NCBI GenBank assembly: GCA_001244265.2
Contig: CDLV01000008.1
Coordinates: 1,116,001-1,180,000 of the forward strand
DNA: 64,000 nt
Direction of reading: 5' to 3'
Source: Microbotryum violaceum
Taxonomy: Eukaryota
Below the pieces are notes generated by a model. That model was not told the DNA's origin. It did no database searches and worked only from the letters and a program-made list of their open reading frames with translations. This document shows, one piece after another, positions 1-10,703 of this stretch; position 1 is the stretch's first letter, and every line of letters starts with the position of its first letter. Both the position numbers and the translations under genes were made by a program.

Positions 1-476
1 GTTCCGCCACAACCTGCTTTCAAACATTCCGGCTCTGTTGGTGCAGGGTCGTAGTGAGCTCCTCCGACATGTGAGCAGACGCCTCGCGTCTTGTGGTCTC
101 CGAGTGGTCCTGACAAAATTGTAACTCTTCCCAGATCCATAAAGCTCAAAAGGACAAAGCTACTCTAGGCCGTACCATCAATCAATAGTACAAAGGCCAA
201 CAAGTTGCCGTCACGGAAGGACACGTGACCTGGTGGAGTATACTGGTGCGTATATATGAAGAACACGCCTCCACCCTCGATCCTGACCTGCGCTTGTAAT
301 CACTATACCAGTGGCAGGCGATGAAGGCGCCGAACGTTTCGAACCCCAGCGACTCCAAAGCCAACAGCTTCGCAAACAAGCTCAAGCGCTATGGTGACAG
401 CCTCGCCGAAGACGCCGCGAACGCACACCTCGCGGGCGGCTACAAGAGGAATGGGGGGTTTGATCATCAAGCGTGA
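1..476 (+). pseudogene. 3' part of an unidentified spliced gene with an in-frame stop, truncated by the window edge
   Basis: Three phase-compatible exons (donors GTGAGC, GTGCGT; CAG acceptors) read FRHNLLSNIPALLVQGRSELLRH|IHKAQKDKATLGRTINQ*YKGQQVAVTEGHVTWWSIL|WQAMKAPNVS...GGFDHQA*. Internal TAG at 186-188. No family recognised. Confidence 0.35.
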
Positions 477-1128
477 GCTTCATGCTTCATGGTGAGATAC
501 ATGGCATAATCGAATATGCTGACACTTAGTGACTTTTTTGGCGCGTACAAGGTTTCTCTTCGACACGGTCACGGCGAAGATGAAGCGACACTCCGGCATC
601 CGGACGGCCCCCCAGAACACACTCGGCGACCACACGCTACAAGCCGTCTGCTCTGAAGTCATTGAGGATCCGGTGAACAACCTCAGCTTTTCCAGCCGAG
701 TAGCCGTGAGTGGCGCCCAGTCCACCACATGCCGAACTTGGACTGATGAACGATCCCCCGGAGCGAACACAGGACGCAGTCCAGGAGATGGGTGAAAATT
801 CGGGAAAGGCGAGGAAGAAGAAGAGGACGGAAAACTCACAAAGATGAGGAGCAAATCGAGGACGGGGAACCCTAAGCAACGCGCTATCGAACAAACTCTC
901 TGGAGCATTCGACGTGTGCAAGGGGACTCGGGCGCGACTTGGGGTGGAGTCGGGGTGGACCATGGGTGAGGGGCTTTCTGAGGTAACGGGGTTTCTTAGA
1001 CTTGTATCAACATGTTTTTAGTGTTTGCAATGAGTGTTGCTTCGTATGATAAGTCTACAGGAGCTGGAAGAGAGCAATATGTGCCTACAGCACCTGGTCC
1101 AGCATTTACTACAGCGTCCACCTGGTCT

Positions 1129-1374
1129 CCTTATGGATGCCCTACGTGTACCACATTGCGTCCATGCTTCTACATTAGGGCCATCCTATCGTCCCATTAT
1201 GGCTTTCTTCGGGAGTCTATATCAAGCCGCCCTATGGCTGCCGTATGGCTCGCACGTGTTCATGCCCTATGGGCTGGCCATATATGGGCCATAGGGCTAT
1301 TCGCCTAAATGATTAGGAAGGCCGTATGCCGGGGCCATATGGAGCCATAGGGATGCCTTAAGGGTGCCATATTT
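1129..1374. repeat. Cluster of about 12 CCNTATGG/CCATANGG-like motifs in both orientations
   Basis: ccttatgg, ccattatgg, ccctatgg x2, ccgtatgg, ccatatatgg, ccataggg x2, ccgtatgc, ccatatgg and ccttaagg occur within about 250 bp. Confidence 0.55.
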
Positions 1375-1501
1375 TCGCGCGCGCATGTGTTGGCCCTCGC
1401 GCCGACGTTGGCCGGCGCTTGGCGCTTGCCTCCTTCCAGCCAAGACGCGCGCCATCCAGCCCAGCCCAGCCCTGCCCAACAACCAACCATCCGCTCGCGA
1501 A

Positions 1502-2500
1502 ATGATCCCGACTTCAGCAGTGCGATCCGGCATGCCTGTGAGTGCAACGGAGCGGGCAAGGGGCATGGGTCGCACATGGACTCTGAACTGATTGATGCCC
1601 CTGCTTGTCGGAATGTCCAGTCGGGCAAGACCTACATGGGATGGTGGGGAGATGTAAGTTGGCTTCGAGAGGAGGCAGCAGGAGCGGGTGGGCTCGGCAG
1701 CTCGGCGGCTCGGCGGCTCGGCTGCTTCCGGTGTCACTCCGCTGCGTCGTTGCTTGGATGCTGACGTGTGGTGTTGATGTGTGGCATGTACAGATGGGTG
1801 GACCCAAACAAAAGGGCGTGACTCAATACAGTAAGTGCGACCAGTCGTGACAACCCGTGCCCGCATCCTGCCGCAGAGGCGATCGGGCGGACAGTACCAC
1901 TCCACCTCTGCATCTTCCCGTATCACAGGAACTGATCATGTCGGCCCTTGTTGTGTCCAGGTGTCTCGCCTATGCGACAAGCGTCGATGCGGGGCGCGTT
2001 CTCGCACTGGGCCGTCAACGGCTACAGGCGCATCATGGGCCAGGCCGTCTACTTTGTCTTGCCCCTCGGAGCCGGTAAGTTGGCACATCTAGTCAATAGC
2101 TAAGGACGCATTCGTGGAGGGGTTGGATGTTGTGTGCGGGGAGCACGACGATCGAAGCAGGGCGTGCGGAGCGGTTCCGGGTGTGGCAGGGACAGGGGCA
2201 TCACCCCTCCCCCCATTGAGATGGACTCAAGTGGCATGCAGGACACAGAAGCTGAAACTGACTTTTCTCTACCACCACCACTCCGACTTTGGACATGTAT
2301 TGCTTCTCCGCCGTCACTCTGCCTGGACGCATTCGGGCGCCCATCTCTTCTCGGTGGTCCACTCGAACGACGTCCATTGCTTGCCGAACGCGCACTGGGA
2401 ACATTCCACTCGAACAGGTTACGGCCTCCTCAAATGGGCCATCGCCGATAACCACCTTCGCAACTCGAAGGAGGGCCACATCCAGGGCAAGTTCGCATAA
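1502..2500 (+). CDS. QCR8: Cytochrome b-c1 complex subunit 8 (5 exons)
   Basis: Spliced exons 1502-1537, 1621-1653, 1794-1830, 1961-2074 and 2418-2500 give MIPTSAVRSGMPSGKTYMGWWGDMGGPKQKGVTQYSVSPMRQASMRGAFSHWAVNGYRRIMGQAVYFVLPLGAGYGLLKWAIADNHLRNSKEGHIQGKFA. YMGWWG..GGPKQKG is the Qcr8 signature. Not present as a single ORF in the ORF track. Confidence 0.95.
1692..1723 (+). repeat. 8-bp tandem repeat (GCTCGGCN)x4 in QCR8 intron 2
   Basis: gctcggca gctcggcg gctcggcg gctcggct. Confidence 0.8.
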
Positions 2501-2760
2501 GGAGGGAAGGGATCAAGGAGTGTTTGTGGTGGGAGTAGAAGGCTTTCCGAGTTGGGAGCAGAGATAGAATGCCGATAACTGTGTTTGTGCTACCGATGGG
2601 TGGACTTTTGTGTGCTGAGAGACGAGTCACGAGTCTGAAGAGAGCTGCCGTTCCGGAAAACCATGCCGAAGGTGAACTGGTTTTTGCATGTTTGCGTCGG
2701 ACGTTCACGACAAGATAAACCACAACACAAAATCCAGAAACATCGTAATCTCACCATTTA

Positions 2761-5738
2761 CTATATTTTCAAACCCCACACACTTCTCACCTCCCCCTTG
2801 GTCAACCGATTGCCAATCGCACCGAGGACTTCATCCGCCTCTTCCTCCGATTCCATCGTCAACACCATCGCAATCTGGTTCAACCTCGAAAAACTCTCCC
2901 TCATCATCGCCGAACTAAAAGGCGCTTGATTGGAGAGGTAGGATTGAATTGATCGGAGGTCCTTGTCGAATTTGAGGGCGCCCAACTCGGTAAAGTTGAG
3001 GGAACGCATGAGCGATTCCCAAGGGCGCACGAGGACGAATATGCTGTGCGCGAAGAAGAGGTTGTAGTTGGCTGAGGTCATGGATTGCTAGAAAGAGAGA
3101 CAAAGACGCTTTATCAGTCTGCAAATTCTTTTATGGTTCGTCGTGCCTCGGGACTCACTCGGTACCCCGCCAGCAAGGCCTCCCATCCTTTGATGAAGCG
3201 TTTGCGCACGTCGTCCCTGTACTCGGCTTCGGCGAACGTGTCCTCGTTCAACACGTACGAAATATCCTTGTACACGTCCGCAAGCAACGGTCTCAGGCGA
3301 GGCCGCGAAAGTTGATTGAAGAGGGTGTCAAGACCCGACTATGGGTTGGCAACGGAAGGATGGGAATCAGCTATGATCACGAGCATCTACACTGAGAAGT
3401 TGTTGCTCACCCTCAAAATACTCTTGAAGCGTTCTTCAAGGCTTCTGACGCCCAAGAAGGCCACTTTTGCGCGTTCCAACTCGGCTTCGACGAAGAAGGA
3501 GCTCTGCAAGGCTTCACCGGCGAGCATCTCGTCGATCATTCTGAGCGTATACTCGGAGGCTGTGTCGAGATTGTTCAGGTAGGTCTGTAGTCAAGCAGAT
3601 GAATCAGCTTTGGTGAAGTTCATCGCAATATGAAGCAACCAGGAGGACGCACGATGAACGCCGATCTCGCCGCGGCCTCTTTCCTCTCCTTCTCTTCCTC
3701 CCTCGCTCGACCACCGGGAACATTGACATGTACTCCACCAACAATGACATTCCCAACAGCCATAGCACTCGAGCTGAAATTAAATTCTTTGAACGCGCCA
3801 TCCATCTTGTACTTCCATACCTCGCCTACGTCCCTATCGACGATCGTTCGGATCTCCTTCGCCATTCCTACTACCGTCTCGACGTGGTTCGTCGACAAAA
3901 GTCGATACAACGTCTTTTTGAGGATGTAGAACGTATCGTCAAGAGACGAAGAGAGATAAGGCGACGAATTGAGGTCGAGCTCATCCATCTGTTGCGCCTT
4001 TTCGATTGAGGAACGTAGGTACCAGATGCTGAGAGGTTGGTAGACGGCGCGGAGTTTCTCGGAGAGCATTTGGCCTAGCTCGGATTCTTCGATCATTGCT
4101 AGGGTGGGAGGGGTGTCGGGTGATGCAGAGTCGTCGGAGGTGGTGGCACCGGGGTTTGTGGAGGTTGCTGTGATTTTAGGTTGAGTGGTCGAGGGTGGTT
4201 CGGGCTGTGTCTCGTCATCATCATCCTGAACGCGAGAGGAAGATTCTCAGCACCTGATGCCAGCTAGAGTCTCCCGAAGACTCGTGGACTCACCGTCAAT
4301 CGACCATACAAAAACCTCCTCAACAATTGCCATCTTCCACTCATCAAGCTAGTCTCGGTCAAAAGCGCATCAATTTCCCTCGGATCGACACCTCCATCCT
4401 CCATCTGCAGTTGAGGCTGAGGCGTGCTACTCCCTCCCATCGTCGGACTTCCCGGCCTCGTCAATGAAGGCGTCATCGCCGATCTTCGCAAATTCAAAGC
4501 TCCTCCCGCACTACCACTCAAGGTGGGATTGGTCGATAACCCATAAAACCTTGATTCCCTGACTTGGACGAGCTTCTTCCTGACTCTCCTTTCCTCCTCC
4601 CATGCCATGAGCGTCTTGAGGCCCAGCTGGTCGGCCTGGGTCAAGAGGTTCGAAGCGACGGGGACCATCTTGCCTGGTCCGTAGTACTTTTCGACGACGG
4701 GTTGATGTTGGGATATGATGAGGGCAATCGATTCGAAGAGGTTCGTGAGGACGGTGGAGAAATGCGTGGGGGACGAACCTGTTGAAGACGCGGCAGTGTG
4801 CCTGTCAGATTTCGCTCTCGATTTCTGGCCCCACCCCGAACGTGGAGATGGACTGACTCTTGCCCGTTGCTTGACCCGCCTTATCCCTGACGATACCAGC
4901 GACCCATTCGGCGTAAGCGATCAAACCTTTTTCTTCCTCCCCGATCATTGGGAACAGCTTGAAGAAGCGGTTGATGTTGTTCGTGTCGCCCGCGGCGGCG
5001 GCGGTCTGAAACGAGTCGAGAAAGGTTTTCAAGAGCGAGGCACGTAGCGTTGAGAGTGTTGCTGGAGGAGTTTGCGGTAGATCCGAAGTAGGCTGTGTGG
5101 GGTTGAACGTAGTCCGATGCGATTTGGAAACTGAATCAGCCCTCGTAGATTCTGCGCCCCACATCGCGCGCCCCGAGCCAAGGACTGACGACGACCGCTT
5201 CCGCGAATCCTGAAGCGACAATCTTGGGGTCTATGGCACTGGCTCGTTGCATGAACCTCGTTGCGGCTTCCCAGTCATGCTTCTCGATCGCGGCGTCGAG
5301 TGCAGCGATCGAGGTCTTAAGGTCCTGCACAGCTTGGACGTATTCAATCGCTTCCTTGACGCGGGACTGAAATGAGCGACCACATGTCGGGGTGAGATCT
5401 GGAGTGTGAGGTACTGGAGAATGGCTCGGACGTACCTGCTCCTGATCCAATACCCTGACCTTGCCACCGACGCGTTCGGCGGTAGTAGCGACCTGCGCGA
5501 CCTGACGACAAAGATGGGAAGCCTCGCCCTGGATGCCATGTACGACCTCCTTGAGCGAACCCAACCGATCGAGTTGGGACTGCAAAGGCTGTTTCGCCGA
5601 GATGAGCTGCACCAGTTGGTCATCGAGGGAGGACTCGTGGCGGGTCAGCTCGGCGAGGTGTTGTTCGATCAAGCTGCGAGAGGTCAGCGTCGACACGTCG
5701 AGCTCGAGCGGGACTGCCGTCTCCGGGGAGGGGGACAT
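2761..5738 (-). CDS. COG4: Conserved oligomeric Golgi complex subunit 4 (multi-exon)
   Basis: N-terminal coiled coil (VRVLDQEQSRVKEAIEYVQAVQDLK...DWEAA), RFFKLFPMIGEEEKGL, SSSLDDTFYILKK and C-terminal FTELGALKFDKDLRSI...RESFSRLNQI all match Cog4. Confidence 0.92.
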
Positions 5739-5778
5739 CGCGTGCTGTGCGAGCGTCGGGACGAGCGTGCGGCGTACG

Positions 5779-5869
5779 TCGTGCGTCGTGCGTCGTGCGA
5801 CGTGAGACGTGCGACGTGAGACGTGCGACGTGAGACGTGAGACGTGCGACGTGAGACGTGAGACGTGCG
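5779..5869 (+). repeat. 7-bp tandem repeat, 13 units of (A/T)CGTG(C/A)G, between divergent COG4 and PAN2
   Basis: TCGTGCG x3 followed by 10 mixed ACGTGAG/ACGTGCG units. Confidence 0.95.
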
Positions 5870-6131
5870 ATGTGTTGGACAGAGATGCAAGGCTCGAAGC
5901 CGGAAAAGGAGATGTGACAAATTTGAGTTTTGGTGCGACGTCGTACGCGCGACGCGAAAGGAGACGAGACGACGACTCAGGAACCTCGATCGCTCAACGC
6001 GCTGCTCTGCGCTGCTCCTCGCGCTTCTCAAGTGCTTCTCAGCGCTTTCTCTGGCTCATCCTCAATTACCAACCTGGGGCGGGGGGAAGAGAGACGGGAT
6101 CCGACCCACTACAAGAGGCCGTGCCCGTTTG

Positions 6132-9100
6132 ATGGCGACCTACGTCGGTGTATTCGATCCTCATCCCAACCCGTTCCAACCTTTGCTCCAGCACCAGAGT
6201 TACCGTGTCCCTCGGCACGCCCTCGCCCATCACCCCATCTCGTCGTCCCATCTCCCAGGCGGCTCCCATCTTCTCCAGCCTCAGGGAGGGCAACCACCAC
6301 GATCAGGGCTAGCGCAACCGTCCTCCTCGACCATGCCATCCGATCCCAATGACCGCTCGACGTGGCACCCGTTGCCGTCGATGTACCTCCCCACCGCCGC
6401 GAGCTCGAGCCTGTTCGACCCCGCTCAGCCGTTACTGCTCGCCGCTTCGGCACTCGGCACCGTGTCGACCTACTTCTGCAACCCCATGACGGGTCTCACT
6501 TCGCGCTACACGCGCTACAAGGCGCACCAGGGTCCGGTCGGCGAGATCGCGGTCGACCAGAACGGCATCCTCAGCGTAGGTGGGGGATCCGCTTCTCCGT
6601 CCTCGTCGTCCTCCTCGGCGAGGCGTACCCAGTACTCGAGCATCAAGATGGCCAATCGGAGAGGTCTGAGCTCGTGGACGATCGAAACCGATACGACCAT
6701 GCCACTCACCACCTTTGCCTACACCCCCGCGAGGTCGTCCGAAATCGTCACCACCGGTCCCGGGTCGGATATGTTCGTCGTCAACCTCAACCGCGGATCG
6801 GTCGTACGACGTCAAGCCACACCATCCCCGTTCGTTCACTTGAGACGATCAACACACCTCGTCGCATCGACAACGACAGGTTCACTCGTCCTGCTCGACG
6901 CGCGCACCTCGGAGCTGTCGACGACCGAGACCGTGCTCGCCCATACGGGGGGTATCTCCCAACTCGAGGTCGAAGGCAACTATATCCTCACCATCGGCTA
7001 CACCATGCGTCAAGGCCTCCCTTTACCCGACCCTTATCTCAAACTCCACGATGCGCGCTTCCTACGACCGCTCTCCCCGATCCCCTTCCCGAGCCCGCCG
7101 GCGCTCATCAAGTTCCACCCGAGGGTATCCGGCTCGGTTTTCGTCGCCAGTGCCGAGGGGAGGGTCCAGATGCTCGACCTCAAGGAAGTCGGCAAAGGCT
7201 CCGTCTTCCAGATCGACACACCGGCCTACCTCTCGTCCATGGCCGTATCCCCCACGGGCCAAGGACTCGCCTTGACCGACACCGAAGGCTACGTTCATCT
7301 CTGGTCCGCGCAGAATGACTCCAAGTTTCTGCGCTTCGAGACGGAGCAGATCGAGCTCCCCGATATCGTCGATCCACCCGAAAGAATTCACTGGAACGAT
7401 CAGACTCCGCTCAACTCGATTGGTATGCCTTACTACTCGCAACCTTTGCTGTCTATGGCCGCAGTGAACAACTCCGATCTCCGTCCTCACCCTCTGCACC
7501 ACCGGAAACCCATCTTGGACCCCGCGCTGTTGGCCAGCGTCAAGCAGGTCGACTTTGTCGGGTACGCCGCTTACCCTCCTAGTATGAGGGTGGCACAAAG
7601 GAGGAACCAAGTTCCCAAGATGGTCGACTATCAACGCCGTATGGGCATGGACGTTCCCATGTTCAGGAGTGACAGGGAGCGAGCGGCGATGAAGAAGAAG
7701 CGCGACGGGGTGACGGAGGAACAACAGGCTCTCAAGGATCTGAAGGGGGACCTTGCGGAAGAGGAAGATAGTGAAGAGGATAAGGGCAAGAAGAAGATGC
7801 CGAATCATTATCGCAAGGTCGAGATTCAGTATTCGAGGTTTGGTGTCGAGGACTTTGATTTTGGGTCAGTCTCTCCGCGGTCGCGCCATGGAGGTGTCGT
7901 AAGCTGACTATAATTGGGATCACTGATAGCTTTTACAACAAGACACCGTATTCGGGTCTCGAGACTCACATCACCAACTCGTATACCAACTCTTTGCTCC
8001 AAGCACTGCATTACACAACCCCCGTTAGAACACTGGCAGAAGCGCACACGCACACCTCATGTCCGAAGGAGAACTGCCTCTTGTGCGAAGCTGGCTTCTT
8101 GTTCCGCATGCTCGGAGACGCGAAGGGCATGAACTGTCAGGCGAGCAATTTTTCGAGGGCGTTTGGGGCAAGCCCACAAGGTAAGTCCACATGGGGGAAG
8201 CTCCCCGTGGTGGTGAGAATTTGCACTCTGATCGTCCTCGTCATATGGCCAACAGTGTCTGCTCTGGGGCTCATGGATCACGACAACGAGACCTCGTCAA
8301 CAGTCGCCTACGCCTCGTTGATCCAAACGTTCTCGCGCTACCTCCTTGAGCAGATGTCAGCCGAGTCTAACGTCGGTTCGAACGCGCCCTTGTACAAAGC
8401 CAAGACGACCGCCGATGACGCTTCGGTTCCCTCACCCTTGGCTCAACTCTTGAGGGTCGAAGCCAAGACCGTGAGCGCGTGTTCGCAATGTGGATCCCAA
8501 TCGAAAAGAGACACGGGTTTCAGCACGGTCGACTTGTTGTATCCTAGGCGGGTGAGTAGATGCTCAGGGCCAGGGCTTACCCGGCACGCTGGCTAAATAG
8601 CTTCTCACGTTAGGCGCTCTCAAACGAGGTTCCACCCGCTTCGGATTTCGCGACCTTGTTGCGCAACTCGATTCATCGCGAGACCATCGCTCGCATGGTA
8701 TGTTCGACATGTCGTCAACCCAATCATCTACGGATACGTCGCGTCGTCGCCGAGACGACCTTGTTACCCCCCGTTTTAGTCGTCAATGCCGGAGTGAGGA
8801 CGTCGGATGAATTGGAAGTGTGGATGGACGGGTCAGCGGCCACGATGGGAACGGGGAGCAGGCTGGGATCGGGAGGTCGGAAGAGGTTCTTGGAGTCGAG
8901 GTTCGAGGTTAGGAGGAAGGGCGAGGTGTTGAGCATTGAGAGTCCGCCGAAGGAGGTGAAAGAGAGGATTGAGGCGGAAAATGGAGTGGTCTATGAATTA
9001 AGGGTGAGTTTGTTTGCTGTTTATGTGGGCCGTGTTGCCGAGCTGACCCGCAACTTGCCGTACTCCTTGCCAGGCCATGGTGGTTCAGATCCAGTCGGAA

Positions 9101-10612
9101 GGGGATGCACCGCATCTGGTTGCACTGGCCAGAGGTGGGTTTTGGGGAAAGACAGGGTATGCGATAAAGCATCCATCTTACGCAGTCAATCTTGCCTCGC
9201 ACACAGTGTCATCTGAGGAAAGGAATCCCGGCTCATCGTGGCATGTCTTCAACGACTTCCTCGTCCGCCCCATCAGCGAAGACGAGGCGCTGAGCTTCCC
9301 TAGCTCATGGAAGGTACGTTATTCCTTCCACATGCTTGATGAGGATCTGGTGCATTGAAATCTGCTTGATTTACCCACGTAGATTCCGGCGGTTCTGTTC
9401 TACCAGCGCGTCGACTCGTCGTCTCTGCTCGACTTTTCGGCGCTGCCTCTCAAGGGCGACCCCTCAATCCTGTGCGAGGATATTACGATCTCAAAGCAAG
9501 CCCAATCCGACGTCAACCTTGTGATCAGAACAGTGATGCTGACCTCACCCATTTCACCGAACCTATAGGAACCGCGATCCAAAACTGATCAAACACCAAC
9601 CCCTTAAAACGATCGAGCTCCCCCATCCGGGAACACTAATCTCCATTGATGCCGAGTTCGTTTCCCTCCAATCGGAAGAAGCCGAATTTCACTCCGACGG
9701 AACGAAGAAGGTTCTGAGACCTAGTCGAATGACGTTGGCTAGGGTCTCGGTGTTGAGAGGGGAAGGGGAGGATACGGGGATTCCGTTTATTGATGATCAT
9801 ATTCATACGAGTGAATCGGTCGTCGATTATTTGACTGAGTTTTCGGGTATTCGAGGTACGTCGAAATTGCTCGTCTAAGGTCGATGTTTCCGAGCTGACG
9901 TTTCCCTCGCCTACTTTCAGCGGGTGATCTCGATCCTTTTGCTTCGAGACATACGTTGGTCCCGCTCAAGGTCGCGTACAAGAAGTTGAGGATGCTCGTT
10001 GATCTCGGCTGCGTCTTTATCGGCCACGGGCTCAACAAGGATTTCCGTATCATCAGTGAGTTCACCTTCACGTCACCATTCGCGCTTTCGGGGATTTGAG
10101 GAGGGTCCTGACTCAGCAATGATACCCCAGACATCTATATCCCCCCTTCCCAAATCATCGACACCGTCAACATATACCATCTCTCGCATCGCCAACGCAA
10201 GCTCTCCCTCCGGTTCCTCGCCTGGGCAGTACTCAAATTGGGCATCCAATCCGACACGCACGACTCGATCGAAGACGCTAGGACGGCGTTGCAGTTGTAC
10301 GAGGAATATTATAGATTGGAGGCGGAGGGGACTTGGGAGGAGGTGTTGGAGGAAGTGTATAGGGATGGGAAAGCGACGGTGAGTGAACTTATTCATTCGT
10401 GGGCCTAGGGGGGTTATGCGTCTGACCACCCAAGACTTGCTCTCCATGACCAGAATTTCAAAGTACCGCTTCCAGGTGGCGGGATCCCGACTATCTCTCC
10501 GACCCCAGCATCAGCCACGATCGCAGCGTCCTCCACGGCAGGCACGCCAACAAACTCGACTCCGAGCGTTCGTTCGCCGCGCTCGTCCCAGCGACAACCA
10601 CCCGGATTGTGA
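6132..10612 (+). CDS. PAN2: PAN2-PAN3 deadenylase catalytic subunit (WD40 + pseudo-UCH + DEDDh exonuclease)
   Basis: WD40 region; [60 protein letters not shown]; exonuclease motifs [16 protein letters not shown] and [11 protein letters not shown]. Stop TGA 10610-10612. Confidence 0.96.
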
Positions 10613-10703
10613 TCCCCGCGTCAGCAGTAGTATTTGGAATGGAATGCAAATTTGTAGATTCTGCAGAAATGTATTGTAAGGATCTAAGATAGATACGAAG
10701 ACT

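Noticed and set aside
480..963. Minus-strand ORFs near the window start
   Set aside because: No recognisable domain and no consistent splice model.
5779..5869. CRISPR-like array
   Set aside because: The 7-bp units are contiguous with no spacers, the context is eukaryotic and no cas genes are present.
6362..7808. Long alternative-frame and antisense ORFs over PAN2 (and similar ones over other genes)
   Set aside because: Expected shadow ORFs in GC-rich, codon-biased sequence.
7950..8010. PAN2 UCH domain lacking the catalytic Cys
   Set aside because: This is a known property of Pan2 pseudo-UCH domains.
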